Assembly: GCA_964566925.1 (NCBI GenBank)
Contig: CAZMIZ010000002.1
Coordinates: 72,647-136,646 of the forward strand
DNA from: an uncultured Gammaproteobacteria bacterium
GTDB taxonomy: Bacteria; Patescibacteriota; Microgenomatia; PFEM01; DATLAM01
Length of the DNA: 64,000 nt
Direction of reading: 5' to 3'
Part shown: piece by piece, positions 55,062-63,938 of the stretch
Numbering within the stretch: position 1 is the stretch's first letter
Layout: the number at the start of each line of letters is the position of its first letter
Made by a program: the position numbers and the translations under genes
The notes under the pieces: model-generated
What the model was told of the DNA's origin: nothing
What the model saw: only the letters and a program-made list of their open reading frames with translations
Database searches by the model: none

Positions 55062-57772
55062 TTTTTACTTTTTCCCTCAACTAGTTCTGTCTCCTCCGGC
55101 GTGAGGTTGTAGAGTTTGTAAATTAGTTGGTCGGTTTCATCCTGAAGTTTTGCAATTTCACTTCTCAATCTAGTCCATTTATCTGAATTTTGTGTGGTCT
55201 TTAATAATTCCTCATTAATTTTGATCATTCTATTCACAAGTTTAAAGAGACTTTTGTTTTTTGTATTGTATTTAGGAAGTGGTAAATTCCTTACATCGTT
55301 GACCAAAATTTTAGGGAATAACCCCTTTTTAGCTTTAGGAGATTTATTTAAATTATACCAACCCATTAGTGTAGAGTTCACAATACCCAGTAATACCTTC
55401 AGGGAATAATTGCTATTTTTCTTTTTTATAACATTAATAATAGAGGGTGTATTATAATACTCTTCTTTTGTCCAAGAACAAATTAGATTTACACCGGTAA
55501 TTTCTCGTACAAGAACCCTCTCCTCTCTAAAAAATTTTGGTTCTCTCGGTGCTGCAAGCCAATTTCCATAGCTTATCCATGACTTTCCATTCCACTTTAT
55601 AGAATAGCGCTTAACGTCACCACCCTTTAATTCCTTTTTGTAGGTAGCATCCTTTTTATGATCGGCATGCCAAATTCTATTTTTAATTGTATATTCATCA
55701 TGTCCTCGATATTTATCATAAGGAATTAAACCTTGAGAAACTTCAAAATAGTCGCTAACTCTAGCTCCTACTGATTCAATTTTCTTTAAAATGCGATCCT
55801 TTTCTGCAGAGTAATCAAATAGAGCTAGCCAATTATCTAACTCTTTCTCTAAAACCTCTTTTCCGAAGGCATTAAATAATTCAAACAATTGCTTAGTCCT
55901 GTCATACTTGAAGAAAGTGACATTCTTGCCGCTTTCGAACCTATCTTTTTTCGCTATTACAATACAGTTTCTAACAGAAGCGTCTTTGAAAGTCTGATCC
56001 TCTGTCAAATCTATAATTGAAATTATTTTGAAATTTTTAAGCAACTTCTCTCTGAAACCTTTTCCATAGAATGTCGATAAAAAGGTGTTGGGTATTATAT
56101 AAGATAAGCAACCTCCTTGCTTCAAAAGAGACAATCCCCTAGAAATGAAATAGATATAGCTTTCATAATCAGGAACCATAGGGTAGACATTACTTAAGTA
56201 TGACTTATCTTCTTGGGTAAAACTTGCCCCATAGGGAGGATTTCCTATGATTACGTCAAACCCTTCTTGTTTAAATACCTCTGGAAATTCTTCTTTCCAG
56301 TTGAAGGGTTTTTTCTCCTGCCAGTTTTTTCCAAAATACTTTTTGAGTTTCTTTTCGGTGCCAGAAATAAGCGAGTTGCCAACTTTAGTGTTGTCGGAAA
56401 GTAACGGTAGTTTATGGTTTGGTTCAAGCGCTTTTAGCAGAAGATTTAAGCGGGCGATTTCAATGGCTTGAGAATCAAGGTCAACACCATAAATATTATT
56501 CTTTAAGATATTGTATTTTCTGAAAGCTGCATGCGGTCCAGATTTCTCTTGAGCTTTTTCTTCGGCTAGTTTCTCATCCAGCAAAGCAAAGGCCTTAATA
56601 AGAAAGGAGCCGCTACCACAAGCAGGGTCCAGAATTTTGATATTCTCAATTTCTTTTAATGACTTTTCTTTTAAAGCAACACCAAGCGTATTTTGAACAA
56701 TATAATCAACGATATGAGCCGGTGTATAGTAAATTCCTTGTTTCTTCCTTTTAGCCCCATTCACTAATCCTTTTCCTTGAACAAAACCGAGATACTGTTC
56801 ATAAATGGAACCTAAAACATCAGCGTCGATGGCGGCAAAATTATATTTAACTCCTCTTTCTTTATCCGCATAAAGATCATTAATGATTTGCTCAAAAGGA
56901 GTCCCTTCGGTGTCGAGCTTCTCACAAAGATGCTCCAAAAACAGATTGCTATTATATTTTCTGTCAAAATCTTTAAAGATTGGCTTTAAAGCCTGCATGA
57001 AGTTATCGGGTTTTCGATTATGGGTAATCCACTTTCGAAGAGCAGGCCAAAGTATTTGGGGTTCAAGTTTACGATCTTCACAAGTCCGAATGAAGATAAA
57101 TCTATCCAAAACTCTTTGAACCGCTTCATCAACATCGGATTCATCAACTTCGGGATTATATCTCTTGAAGTATTTTCTTAAAAGCTCTCTCCATTCGAGG
57201 AGATCAGCCGCCAGTTTTTCACTAACTTTAAGCCTTTTAGCTTTGATGCCCCACTTCTCAGCTTGTTTATCAAGCTCACCTTTCTCAATGCTTTCCCTGG
57301 AGAGAAACCAAAGGTCATCCAGGCGAGTAAGGAATTTATCATAAGCAAATTCTAAATTTGGTTTTGGGGTGTCCACTAACCATTCTGAATTAAAAAGCTT
57401 TAAGCCTTTGAAATCGGTTAAAACTACCCAAGGAATACCTTTGTTCCAGCCATAGGTGACTGCCTGCTTTGCCCATTCAACTTTATCAAGGTCAACTTTT
57501 AGGGATTTTGCTTCAAGGAGAAATTGGGGAATGTTGTTAAGACGAAAAGAATAATCAACTTTTCCCTTAACAGCAACTTCTTCTTCAACTACCTCTCGGT
57601 CAGTAAATTCGTTGTAGACATCCCAACCTAAGGCTTGAAAGAATGGCTCAATGAAAACTCTTCGAGTATCTGCCTCATCATATCTTCTTAACTGTTTTGC
57701 CTTTTTTACTCTTTCATATTTTTCAATGAGCTTTTTGATTTCCTTTTTAGCCTGTTCTCTAGAAGTCGCCAT
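55058..57772 (-). CDS. Type IIG restriction-modification enzyme (fused PD-ExK endonuclease + gamma-class N6-adenine methyltransferase + target-recognition domain)
   Basis: N-terminal nuclease VDYSFRL...LLEAKSL (D...EAK). MTase motif I ILDPACGSGSFL. Motif IV IIGNPPYGASF. About 300 aa of C-terminal target-recognition domain. 904 aa total. Confidence 0.7.
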   Translation of the reverse strand: MATSREQAKKEIKKLIEKYERVKKAKQLRRYDEADTRRVFIEPFFQALGWDVYNEFTDREVVEEEVAVKGKVDYSFRLNNIPQFLLEAKSLKVDLDKVEWAKQAVTYGWNKGIPWVVLTDFKGLKLFNSEWLVDTPKPNLEFAYDKFLTRLDDLWFLSRESIEKGELDKQAEKWGIKAKRLKVSEKLAADLLEWRELLRKYFKRYNPEVDESDVDEAVQRVLDRFIFIRTCEDRKLEPQILWPALRKWITHNRKPDNFMQALKPIFKDFDRKYNSNLFLEHLCEKLDTEGTPFEQIINDLYADKERGVKYNFAAIDADVLGSIYEQYLGFVQGKGLVNGAKRKKQGIYYTPAHIVDYIVQNTLGVALKEKSLKEIENIKILDPACGSGSFLIKAFALLDEKLAEEKAQEKSGPHAAFRKYNILKNNIYGVDLDSQAIEIARLNLLLKALEPNHKLPLLSDNTKVGNSLISGTEKKLKKYFGKNWQEKKPFNWKEEFPEVFKQEGFDVIIGNPPYGASFTQEDKSYLSNVYPMVPDYESYIYFISRGLSLLKQGGCLSYIIPNTFLSTFYGKGFREKLLKNFKIISIIDLTEDQTFKDASVRNCIVIAKKDRFESGKNVTFFKYDRTKQLFELFNAFGKEVLEKELDNWLALFDYSAEKDRILKKIESVGARVSDYFEVSQGLIPYDKYRGHDEYTIKNRIWHADHKKDATYKKELKGGDVKRYSIKWNGKSWISYGNWLAAPREPKFFREERVLVREITGVNLICSWTKEEYYNTPSIINVIKKKNSNYSLKVLLGIVNSTLMGWYNLNKSPKAKKGLFPKILVNDVRNLPLPKYNTKNKSLFKLVNRMIKINEELLKTTQNSDKWTRLRSEIAKLQDETDQLIYKLYNLTPEETELVEGKSKK

Positions 57773-57871
57773 TTGGCTTTAATTTTACCACAATACCCCT
57801 CTCAACTAAATAGAATTTGACTTTTACTTTACAATTTGCTATAAGCTAGTTAGTTGAAAGTCAGCGTTTGG

Positions 57872-57894
57872 CTGCCCGAGAGGGCAGTTTTTTT
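57872..57894 (+). terminator. Terminator-like hairpin CTGCCC-GAGA-GGGCAG + T7 upstream of the pilin gene
   Basis: 6-bp GC-rich stem and T7 tract on the plus strand, 33 nt before the AAGGAGGTGAG SD of the pilin gene. No plus-strand gene lies upstream, so it may act as an insulator or attenuator. Confidence 0.35.
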
Positions 57895-57926
57895 ATTTAT
57901 CTCCTGCCGATTAGCAAAGGAGGTGA

Positions 57927-58256
57927 GTGATGAGAATCTTGCTGACGCTGCAATCTTTTGTCTTAACGGCTTTAATTTTTGCTGCCCAAGTTCAGGCCCA
58001 AGCTGACGACGTTTCCAAAGTCCAAAACTTCATGACCAACATTATTCAGATCATGGTCACTCTGGCCGGAGTTCTGGCCGCCCTTTTCTTTGTCTGGGGC
58101 GGGGTCGGCTATATTACCAGTACAGGCAACCCCGAGAATTTGGAAAAATCAAAAAAGACGATTTTTTACTCGGCTATCGGCTTGGCCGTTACCCTGGGAG
58201 CCTATGTCCTGGTCAATATTGTCACCCAGACGGCGCAGAGTGCTTTTGGCCAATAA
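57927..58256 (+). CDS. TrbC/VirB2-family pilin precursor
   Basis: Signal peptide plus two hydrophobic helices. IMVTLAGVLAALFFVWGGVGYITSTGNPENLEKSKKTI is the typical VirB2/TrbC layout. A strong SD (AAGGAGGTGAG) precedes it. Confidence 0.6.
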   Translation: MMRILLTLQSFVLTALIFAAQVQAQADDVSKVQNFMTNIIQIMVTLAGVLAALFFVWGGVGYITSTGNPENLEKSKKTIFYSAIGLAVTLGAYVLVNIVTQTAQSAFGQ

Positions 58257-58272
58257 TTAACGACAAAAAACA

Positions 58273-59559
58273 ATGGTTGTCCTAGCAGTTTTTTTAACTG
58301 CCTTAGTCTTCCTTCTCAATCCTCCTTTGGCCTTCGCCCTTGAACAATATCCCGAAATCCAATCTTTCACCGGCGACCTGATCGCCAACCTTTCCATTCT
58401 GGCTTCGGTTTTCGTCCTCTTCTTCCTCATCCGCGGCGGCTATTTGTATCTCACCTCCAGCGGCAATCCGGAGGCCCTGGAAGACGCCAAAATAACCATC
58501 AGGAATGCCCTCATCGGCTTGGTTTTAATTCTTTCGGCCAGTACTTTCTCTTCAATCCTAACGACTTCCTTCACCACCCCTTCGCCAGGCACCGAGACCA
58601 GCCAGATCGAACTGGCGCCATTGGAAACGGTCGAACCCGAAGACGGTCTCACCCAGGTCTTGACCGAAGCGATTGCCGGCTTTTTAAGGAACATCATCCA
58701 GAGCGCCACCAAGCCCTTGACCGACAGCGTCATTTCCTTTTTAACCACCACGCCTTTGGTGGCCACCAATCGGTCCATCTTCAATTTTTGGCTGATCATT
58801 CTGGGAATCACCGATTCGCTTTTTGTCTTGGTGATTATCCTCCTCGGCTTTCAAGTGATGAGCGCCACCACTTTCGGTTTCGAAGAGGTGAAGCTGAAAA
58901 AACTACTCCCTCGAATTGGCCTGGCTTTCCTTTTGGCCAACGTTTCCATTTTTATGGTCGACTGGGTGCTGCGGTGCAACAATGCCTTGGTTGCCGCCGT
59001 TCTCAATGCCACCGGCGGCTTGAACCAGGCCTGGATTGAGAACGCCTTTAACCCGCCGGTGATGACCATGGAGAGCGTCCTGGTGATTACCCTGATTTTT
59101 GGCGTCCTCTTTATTATCATCACCGTCGTCCTGCTCCTTTTTTATATCAGCCGTTTAATCATTATTGCCTTGGGGGCGGTCCTTTCGCCTTTAATCTTTA
59201 TGCTTTGGGCTATTCCCAGGCTGGCCGATTTTTCCGAAATTGCCATCAAAAGCTATCTGACGACGATTTTTTCCGTTTTTATCCATGTGGTGGTCATCCA
59301 GCTGGCGGCCTCATTCTTAACCCTGCCAGGCGAGTCGGGAGGCTCGGGCCTGATGGCCGTCCTCATCGGCATCGGCTTGATGTTTACCTTGATTAAAACC
59401 CAATCCGTCGTTTATCAATTGGTTTTTTACAACACCGGCCGGGCGGTCTTTAAAAAGGTGGGCGGCCAAATCGTCAACGTTCTTCAGGCCAAGCAGACCG
59501 AAGAAGCGGCTCTTGGCGAAGCCCAGGTTAAAACGCCGAGAAAGGTAGTCAACGCATGA
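58273..59559 (+). CDS. VirB6/TrbL-like polytopic membrane protein with N-terminal pilin-like domain
   Basis: N-terminal LASVFVLFFLIRGGYLYLTSSGNPEALEDAKITI is paralogous to the upstream pilin (GG-x-x-Y-x-T-S-x-G-N-P-E-x-L-E-x-x-K-x-T-I). At least six further TM helices follow, as in VirB6. Confidence 0.5.
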   Translation: MVVLAVFLTALVFLLNPPLAFALEQYPEIQSFTGDLIANLSILASVFVLFFLIRGGYLYLTSSGNPEALEDAKITIRNALIGLVLILSASTFSSILTTSFTTPSPGTETSQIELAPLETVEPEDGLTQVLTEAIAGFLRNIIQSATKPLTDSVISFLTTTPLVATNRSIFNFWLIILGITDSLFVLVIILLGFQVMSATTFGFEEVKLKKLLPRIGLAFLLANVSIFMVDWVLRCNNALVAAVLNATGGLNQAWIENAFNPPVMTMESVLVITLIFGVLFIIITVVLLLFYISRLIIIALGAVLSPLIFMLWAIPRLADFSEIAIKSYLTTIFSVFIHVVVIQLAASFLTLPGESGGSGLMAVLIGIGLMFTLIKTQSVVYQLVFYNTGRAVFKKVGGQIVNVLQAKQTEEAALGEAQVKTPRKVVNA

Positions 59560-60056
59560 AAACAAACCCCATTCCGGCTCAAGTAACCACGGTCGAGGAT
59601 AAAATCGCCGCCAATCTGAGCCTGACCCAGCTCATTCTCCTTTTGGCCCCGCTTTTTATCAGCGTCTTTGTTTTTGCCGTCCTGCCCGAGAGGATGTATT
59701 TTAGCCTTTATAAAATCATTCTTATAATTCTGTCTCTGATTATTTTCTTAACCCTGGCCATTAGGGTCAAGGAACGAATTGTTTTGACCTGGCTGATTCT
59801 GCTGGTCGCTTACTATTTAAGACCCCATCTTTTTCTCTTTGACAAAAATGATGATTACCTGCGAAAGGAAAAACACCCGCCGGACGACGAGATTGAAAAA
59901 ACCGCCAGTCGCCAACCAATTCCGGCCAAAAAAGAAAAAAAGAATCACTTATCAATTCTGAATCTGATTCAGCTGGAGAACCTGATGAACGCCAGAAATA
60001 CCAGAATGTCAATTAAATTCAGTCAAAAAAGGAGGCTCAGATTAAACCGCTTTTAA
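59556..60056 (+). CDS. Small two-TM membrane protein, VirB3/PrgI-like position
   Basis: Two TM helices (LILLLAPLFISVFVFAVL and IILIILSLIIFLTLAI). Start is coupled to the VirB6-like gene stop. The call rests on position and topology only. Confidence 0.3.
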   Translation: MKTNPIPAQVTTVEDKIAANLSLTQLILLLAPLFISVFVFAVLPERMYFSLYKIILIILSLIIFLTLAIRVKERIVLTWLILLVAYYLRPHLFLFDKNDDYLRKEKHPPDDEIEKTASRQPIPAKKEKKNHLSILNLIQLENLMNARNTRMSIKFSQKRRLRLNRF

Positions 60057-60112
60057 ATAATAAAGTCTCCTCCAGGAGACAAATTAAAATCAAGGAAGTC
60101 CGAGACGGGATT

Positions 60113-60667
60113 TTGGTTCTGCCGGAAAACAAATATCGGGTGGTGGTGGAAACCTCGGCGATTAACTTTGAACTTAAAAGTGAGGCCGAACAAGACGCTT
60201 TGATTGATAATTTCCAAAATTTCATCAATGCCCTGCCCTGCCCGATCCAGATTTTAATCCGGGTCCGCGAAGTGGAGATTGACCACTATCTCGAGGTTTT
60301 CAACAGCAGAAATAATCACGAAACCAGCAAGCTTTACCGCCAGCAAATCAAACACTACGGCCAGTTTGTCAAGAAATTGGTTAAGGGCAATAAAATCCTT
60401 TCCCGGCGCTTTTACCTGGTCATTCCCTACGAACCGGAGCCGGAAAAAAACGACTTTAATTTGATTAAGGAGCAAATCAATCTCAGCCTGGATATCATTG
60501 CCAAGGGCTTGGAGCGGCTGGGGATGAAAACCAGAAACCTCAACACCCTGGAAATTCTCGAACTTTTTTACAGTTTTTATAATCCCGGGGGCTCTAAAAC
60601 CCAGCCCATCAAGGAGAAAACTTATCAGCTTTTAGCAAAAAATAAAGATGTTATTCAAACTCCCTAA
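60113..60667 (+). CDS. virB4: VirB4/TraC-family ATPase, N-terminal domain (separate ORF, or 5' part of a frameshifted virB4)
   Basis: VVETSAINFELKSEAEQDALIDNFQNFINALPCPIQILIRV is the conserved VirB4 N-domain pattern. It ends at 60667, overlapping the next ORF by 20 nt in a different frame. Confidence 0.55.
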   Translation: MVLPENKYRVVVETSAINFELKSEAEQDALIDNFQNFINALPCPIQILIRVREVEIDHYLEVFNSRNNHETSKLYRQQIKHYGQFVKKLVKGNKILSRRFYLVIPYEPEPEKNDFNLIKEQINLSLDIIAKGLERLGMKTRNLNTLEILELFYSFYNPGGSKTQPIKEKTYQLLAKNKDVIQTP

Positions 60668-62408
60668 CTTTAAAAAAGGCAGAAAACGGGGTCAAAAAAC
60701 CATCGAGCTCTCGTTTGGCGAACAGGATCAGGTGGACTTAATCTCCTATGACGGCCTTGAGGAGTACCAAAACTACCTCAATCTGGGCGGCAGATATCTG
60801 CGGACGCTTTTCATTTCCGGCTACCCTTACGTGGCGACCACCGGCTGGCTGAACAACCTCGTTAATTTCAATCACGACATCGACATTGCCTATCACCTGG
60901 AGCAGATCGATTCCAAGATCTCCCTGCCCAAGCTTAATCGAAAAATTACCGAATTGGAATCAACCCGAAGAGTCCTCCAGCAGCAGGGAAAAATCATCGG
61001 CCCGGAAGTGCTTGACCCCTTGAAATCGGCCGTTGATTTGAAAAACAGAATCCTGCGGGGCCAGGAAAAGCTTTTCCAGGTCTCCATCTACATCCACTTG
61101 ACGGCCGACTCTCTGGTGGAATTGGAAAAACTGACCACCTTGGCGGAGACGGTGCTGGCGACGAGATTGTTCTACACGAAAACGGCGGTTTTCCAGCAGC
61201 TTGAGGGCCTCCAGTCCATCCTGCCTCGAGCGGAAAACCTGCTTGACCAAAAAAGAAATTTGGACAGTTCTTCGGCGGCCCTCACTTTTCCTTTTACTTC
61301 ATCCGAGCTGGTCCAGGAAACCGGTATTTTATACGGCGTCAATCTTTCCAACAATTCCTTGGTGATGATTGACCGCTTCAGTCTCAATAACGCCAACAGC
61401 ATCGTTTTTGCCCAATCCGGCTGCGGCAAGAGCTACGCGGCCAAGGTGGAAATCCTGCGCCAATTGATTCAAAAGACGAAAGTGATCGTCATCGACCCGG
61501 AGCGCGAATACCAGCAGCTTGCCCGCTCTTTAGACGGCACCTACATCAAACTCTCGGCCAAATCCAAGGAAAAGATCAATCCTTTTGATTTCTCGGTCAG
61601 CTCCTTTGGCCAGGGCAACAACCTGGTCGAGCATATCCAGGATTTGACGGAGATCGTTTCCTTAATGGTCGAAGGCCTGACTTCGGAAGAAAAAGCGATT
61701 GTTGATAAAGCGATTGTCAAAACTTACAAAAACCTTGGCTGGGCAATCCACGGCCGAAAAAAAGGCAAAAGATACCCGTTGATGAAGGATTTATACCAAA
61801 CCTTGAAAAAAGACCGGCAGAGAAAACTCTGCGTCCGCCTGGAAAAATACGTCAAAGGATCGCTGGCCAATGTCTTCAATCAGCAAACCAATATCAAGCT
61901 CGACAACCGCTTGATTATTTTTGACATTAAGGATCTGCCCGAATCTTTACGCCAAATCATGATTCTGATTATCTCCAATTATGTTTATAACCAGGTCAAA
62001 TCCGATCCCCAAAAACGATTGCTGGTGATTGACGAAGCCTGGATTCTTTTGGAGCATGAGGAAAGCGCCCGCTTTATTGCCGGCTTGACCAGAAGAGCGC
62101 GCAAATACTACCTGGGGGTGAACATCATCTCCCAGGCGGCCAACGACTTTCTGGGCAACGAATACGGCCAGGCGATTGCCTCCCAAGCTTCGCTGCGGAT
62201 TCTGATGCGCCAAGACACGACGACGATTAAAAAAGTGGTTGAGGAGTTCAAGCTCAGCGAATACGAGCAGAAATTCCTGCTGACTTGCGATAAAGGCGAG
62301 GCGATTGTCATTGCCGATCAAAACCATGTCGCCCTGAAAGTGGTCGCCTCGGAAAAAGAACACCCCCTGATCACCACTGACCCAGCCGAAAGATACTCCC
62401 TGCGATGA
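60648..62408 (+). CDS. virB4: VirB4/TraC-family ATPase, central and C-terminal ATPase domains
   Basis: Walker A AQSGCGKSYAAK. Walker B LLVIDEAWILLE. Also YLGVNIISQA and the middle-domain RYLRTLFISGYPYVATTGWL. Confidence 0.7.
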   Translation: MLFKLPNFKKGRKRGQKTIELSFGEQDQVDLISYDGLEEYQNYLNLGGRYLRTLFISGYPYVATTGWLNNLVNFNHDIDIAYHLEQIDSKISLPKLNRKITELESTRRVLQQQGKIIGPEVLDPLKSAVDLKNRILRGQEKLFQVSIYIHLTADSLVELEKLTTLAETVLATRLFYTKTAVFQQLEGLQSILPRAENLLDQKRNLDSSSAALTFPFTSSELVQETGILYGVNLSNNSLVMIDRFSLNNANSIVFAQSGCGKSYAAKVEILRQLIQKTKVIVIDPEREYQQLARSLDGTYIKLSAKSKEKINPFDFSVSSFGQGNNLVEHIQDLTEIVSLMVEGLTSEEKAIVDKAIVKTYKNLGWAIHGRKKGKRYPLMKDLYQTLKKDRQRKLCVRLEKYVKGSLANVFNQQTNIKLDNRLIIFDIKDLPESLRQIMILIISNYVYNQVKSDPQKRLLVIDEAWILLEHEESARFIAGLTRRARKYYLGVNIISQAANDFLGNEYGQAIASQASLRILMRQDTTTIKKVVEEFKLSEYEQKFLLTCDKGEAIVIADQNHVALKVVASEKEHPLITTDPAERYSLR

Positions 62409-63010
62409 ATCCCTTTTTAGTAACGACTCTTTTTTCTTTCAAGAAAGAGTTTTTTTATGTTCTCCTGGCTTTCCTTCTGGTCATTTCAATGCCCCTTGTC
62501 GGGGTGATTATTCTTACCCGAACCGGTTTGGATTTTGTTTCCGAACGATTGGTGGCGATTAATGAGGTCACCAACGAAGTTCAAATCCTAAATCCGCTAG
62601 ACGGCAGCGTCTACAAAACCATCAAGGGTCCCTTCGTCTGGCCGGTGACGGGAATCATTACCCTCGAGTTCGGCGAATCAAGCCGCTGGCAGCTCTTCCA
62701 TACCGGAATTGACATCGCCAATCCCGAAGGTAAAAATGGCGACCCGATCACCCCCTTTATGCCCGGGACGGTTGTTTATGCTGGTCAAATCTCCTGGGGG
62801 TTTGGCAAACACGTAATCATCGATCACGGCGATAATCTCGCTTCCATCTACGCCCATTTGGAGACCATCTGGGTGGAAGTAGGCCAGGCAGTCAAACCGG
62901 GCGAGATTATCGGCACCGAGGACAGCACCGGCTGGTCAACCGGACCGCATCTGCACTTTCAAATAAACGTCTTTGGCATCCCGGTTAATCCGAGGATATT
63001 TTTGAAGTAG
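62405..63010 (+). CDS. M23 family metallopeptidase (LytM-like) with N-terminal TM anchor
   Basis: HTGIDIA (HxxxD), YAHL and HLHFQI (HxH) are M23 zinc ligands. TM is VLLAFLLVISMPLVGVIIL. Start is coupled to the virB4 stop. Confidence 0.75.
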   Translation: MNPFLVTTLFSFKKEFFYVLLAFLLVISMPLVGVIILTRTGLDFVSERLVAINEVTNEVQILNPLDGSVYKTIKGPFVWPVTGIITLEFGESSRWQLFHTGIDIANPEGKNGDPITPFMPGTVVYAGQISWGFGKHVIIDHGDNLASIYAHLETIWVEVGQAVKPGEIIGTEDSTGWSTGPHLHFQINVFGIPVNPRIFLK

Positions 63011-63041
63011 AGCCATGCTGATAATTCTTATTATTGGAGCC

Positions 63042-63938
63042 TTAACTTTTCAACCAAAGCCAGATTTGATTTTTAAGTCTTTGGGTCAGCTCAAAGCTGT
63101 TTGCGTGCGAAAGGTAACCCAGATAAGATTGAAGGGATTGTTCGAAAGCAGGGGAACCAATCCTCTCTCTTAATTTTTCAAAGATTCTTCTCTTCGTTTT
63201 GGTTCTCGGCAGACGGTAATGCGGCAGAACAACATAGCCTAAAAATTCGATTCCCCAGTCAAGTTTTCGGAAAATAATTTTTTTGGAATGCATTTCAAGC
63301 TTCAACTCCTTTTCTAAAAACTCCTGCAAGGGTCCAATGTAGCTTTCCAGCTCTTTTTTGTTTTGGGAGAGAAAGACAAAATCATCCGCATAACGAAGAT
63401 AATATTTAACCTTCAGTTGATGCTTGACCAAATGGTCAAGCCTGTTCAGATAAATGTTGGCAAATATTTGACTGGTTAAATTGCCAAGAGGAATCCCTTG
63501 GCCGCGCCCCCTGTCTGAATTAAAACTATGTATAACCTGAGAAAGAAGCCGGAGAATATTCTTGTCTTTAATTCGCTCCCGAAGCAGGTTTTTAAGGATC
63601 TGGTGGTCAACACTGGCAAAGAATTTCTTGATATCACACTTTAGAGACCAACAATTTCTCGTATAATTTTGGGAAACAATTCTCGCAAACTTTTCAAGCC
63701 TGGCGACGGCCTTATGCGTCCCTTTGTCAAGACGGCAAGAATAAGAATCAAAAATAAAGGTATGGTCGGTGGCTTTATACAAGAAGGTGTAAAGCAAATG
63801 ATGCAAAATTCTGTCTTCTACGCCTGCCTTGTGGATGTGCCTCTTCTTGGGGTCGTGAACATAAAAGGATTGGTAGTCACCATGTTGATAAGTTTGGGAA
63901 ATAAGTTTTCGGCGAAGATTAAAGAGGTTATCCTCCAA
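63042..63938 (-). CDS. Reverse transcriptase of the diversity-generating retroelement (DGR) type
   Basis: RT motifs read FDSYSCRLDKGTHKA, GIPLGNLTSQIFANIYLN (DGR-typical I/LGxxxSQ in place of QGxxxSP) and YLRYADDFVFL (YxDD). 298 aa with no maturase or endonuclease domains. Confidence 0.55.
   Translation of the reverse strand: MEDNLFNLRRKLISQTYQHGDYQSFYVHDPKKRHIHKAGVEDRILHHLLYTFLYKATDHTFIFDSYSCRLDKGTHKAVARLEKFARIVSQNYTRNCWSLKCDIKKFFASVDHQILKNLLRERIKDKNILRLLSQVIHSFNSDRGRGQGIPLGNLTSQIFANIYLNRLDHLVKHQLKVKYYLRYADDFVFLSQNKKELESYIGPLQEFLEKELKLEMHSKKIIFRKLDWGIEFLGYVVLPHYRLPRTKTKRRIFEKLRERIGSPAFEQSLQSYLGYLSHANSFELTQRLKNQIWLWLKS

Noticed and set aside
48977-57772. BREX or DISARM assignment for the Type IIG-led operon
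   Set aside because: No P-loop ATPase of BrxC size, no PglZ-like phosphatase, no helicase or PLD gene. The methyltransferase gene carries its own nuclease domain, which PglX does not.
60893-62363. Several minus-strand track ORFs (60893..61087, 60960..61250, 61172..61429, 61947..62363, 62108..62311) opposite virB4
   Set aside because: Antisense ORFs are expected in a GC-rich coding region. The plus-strand frame has clear Walker A/B VirB4 motifs.
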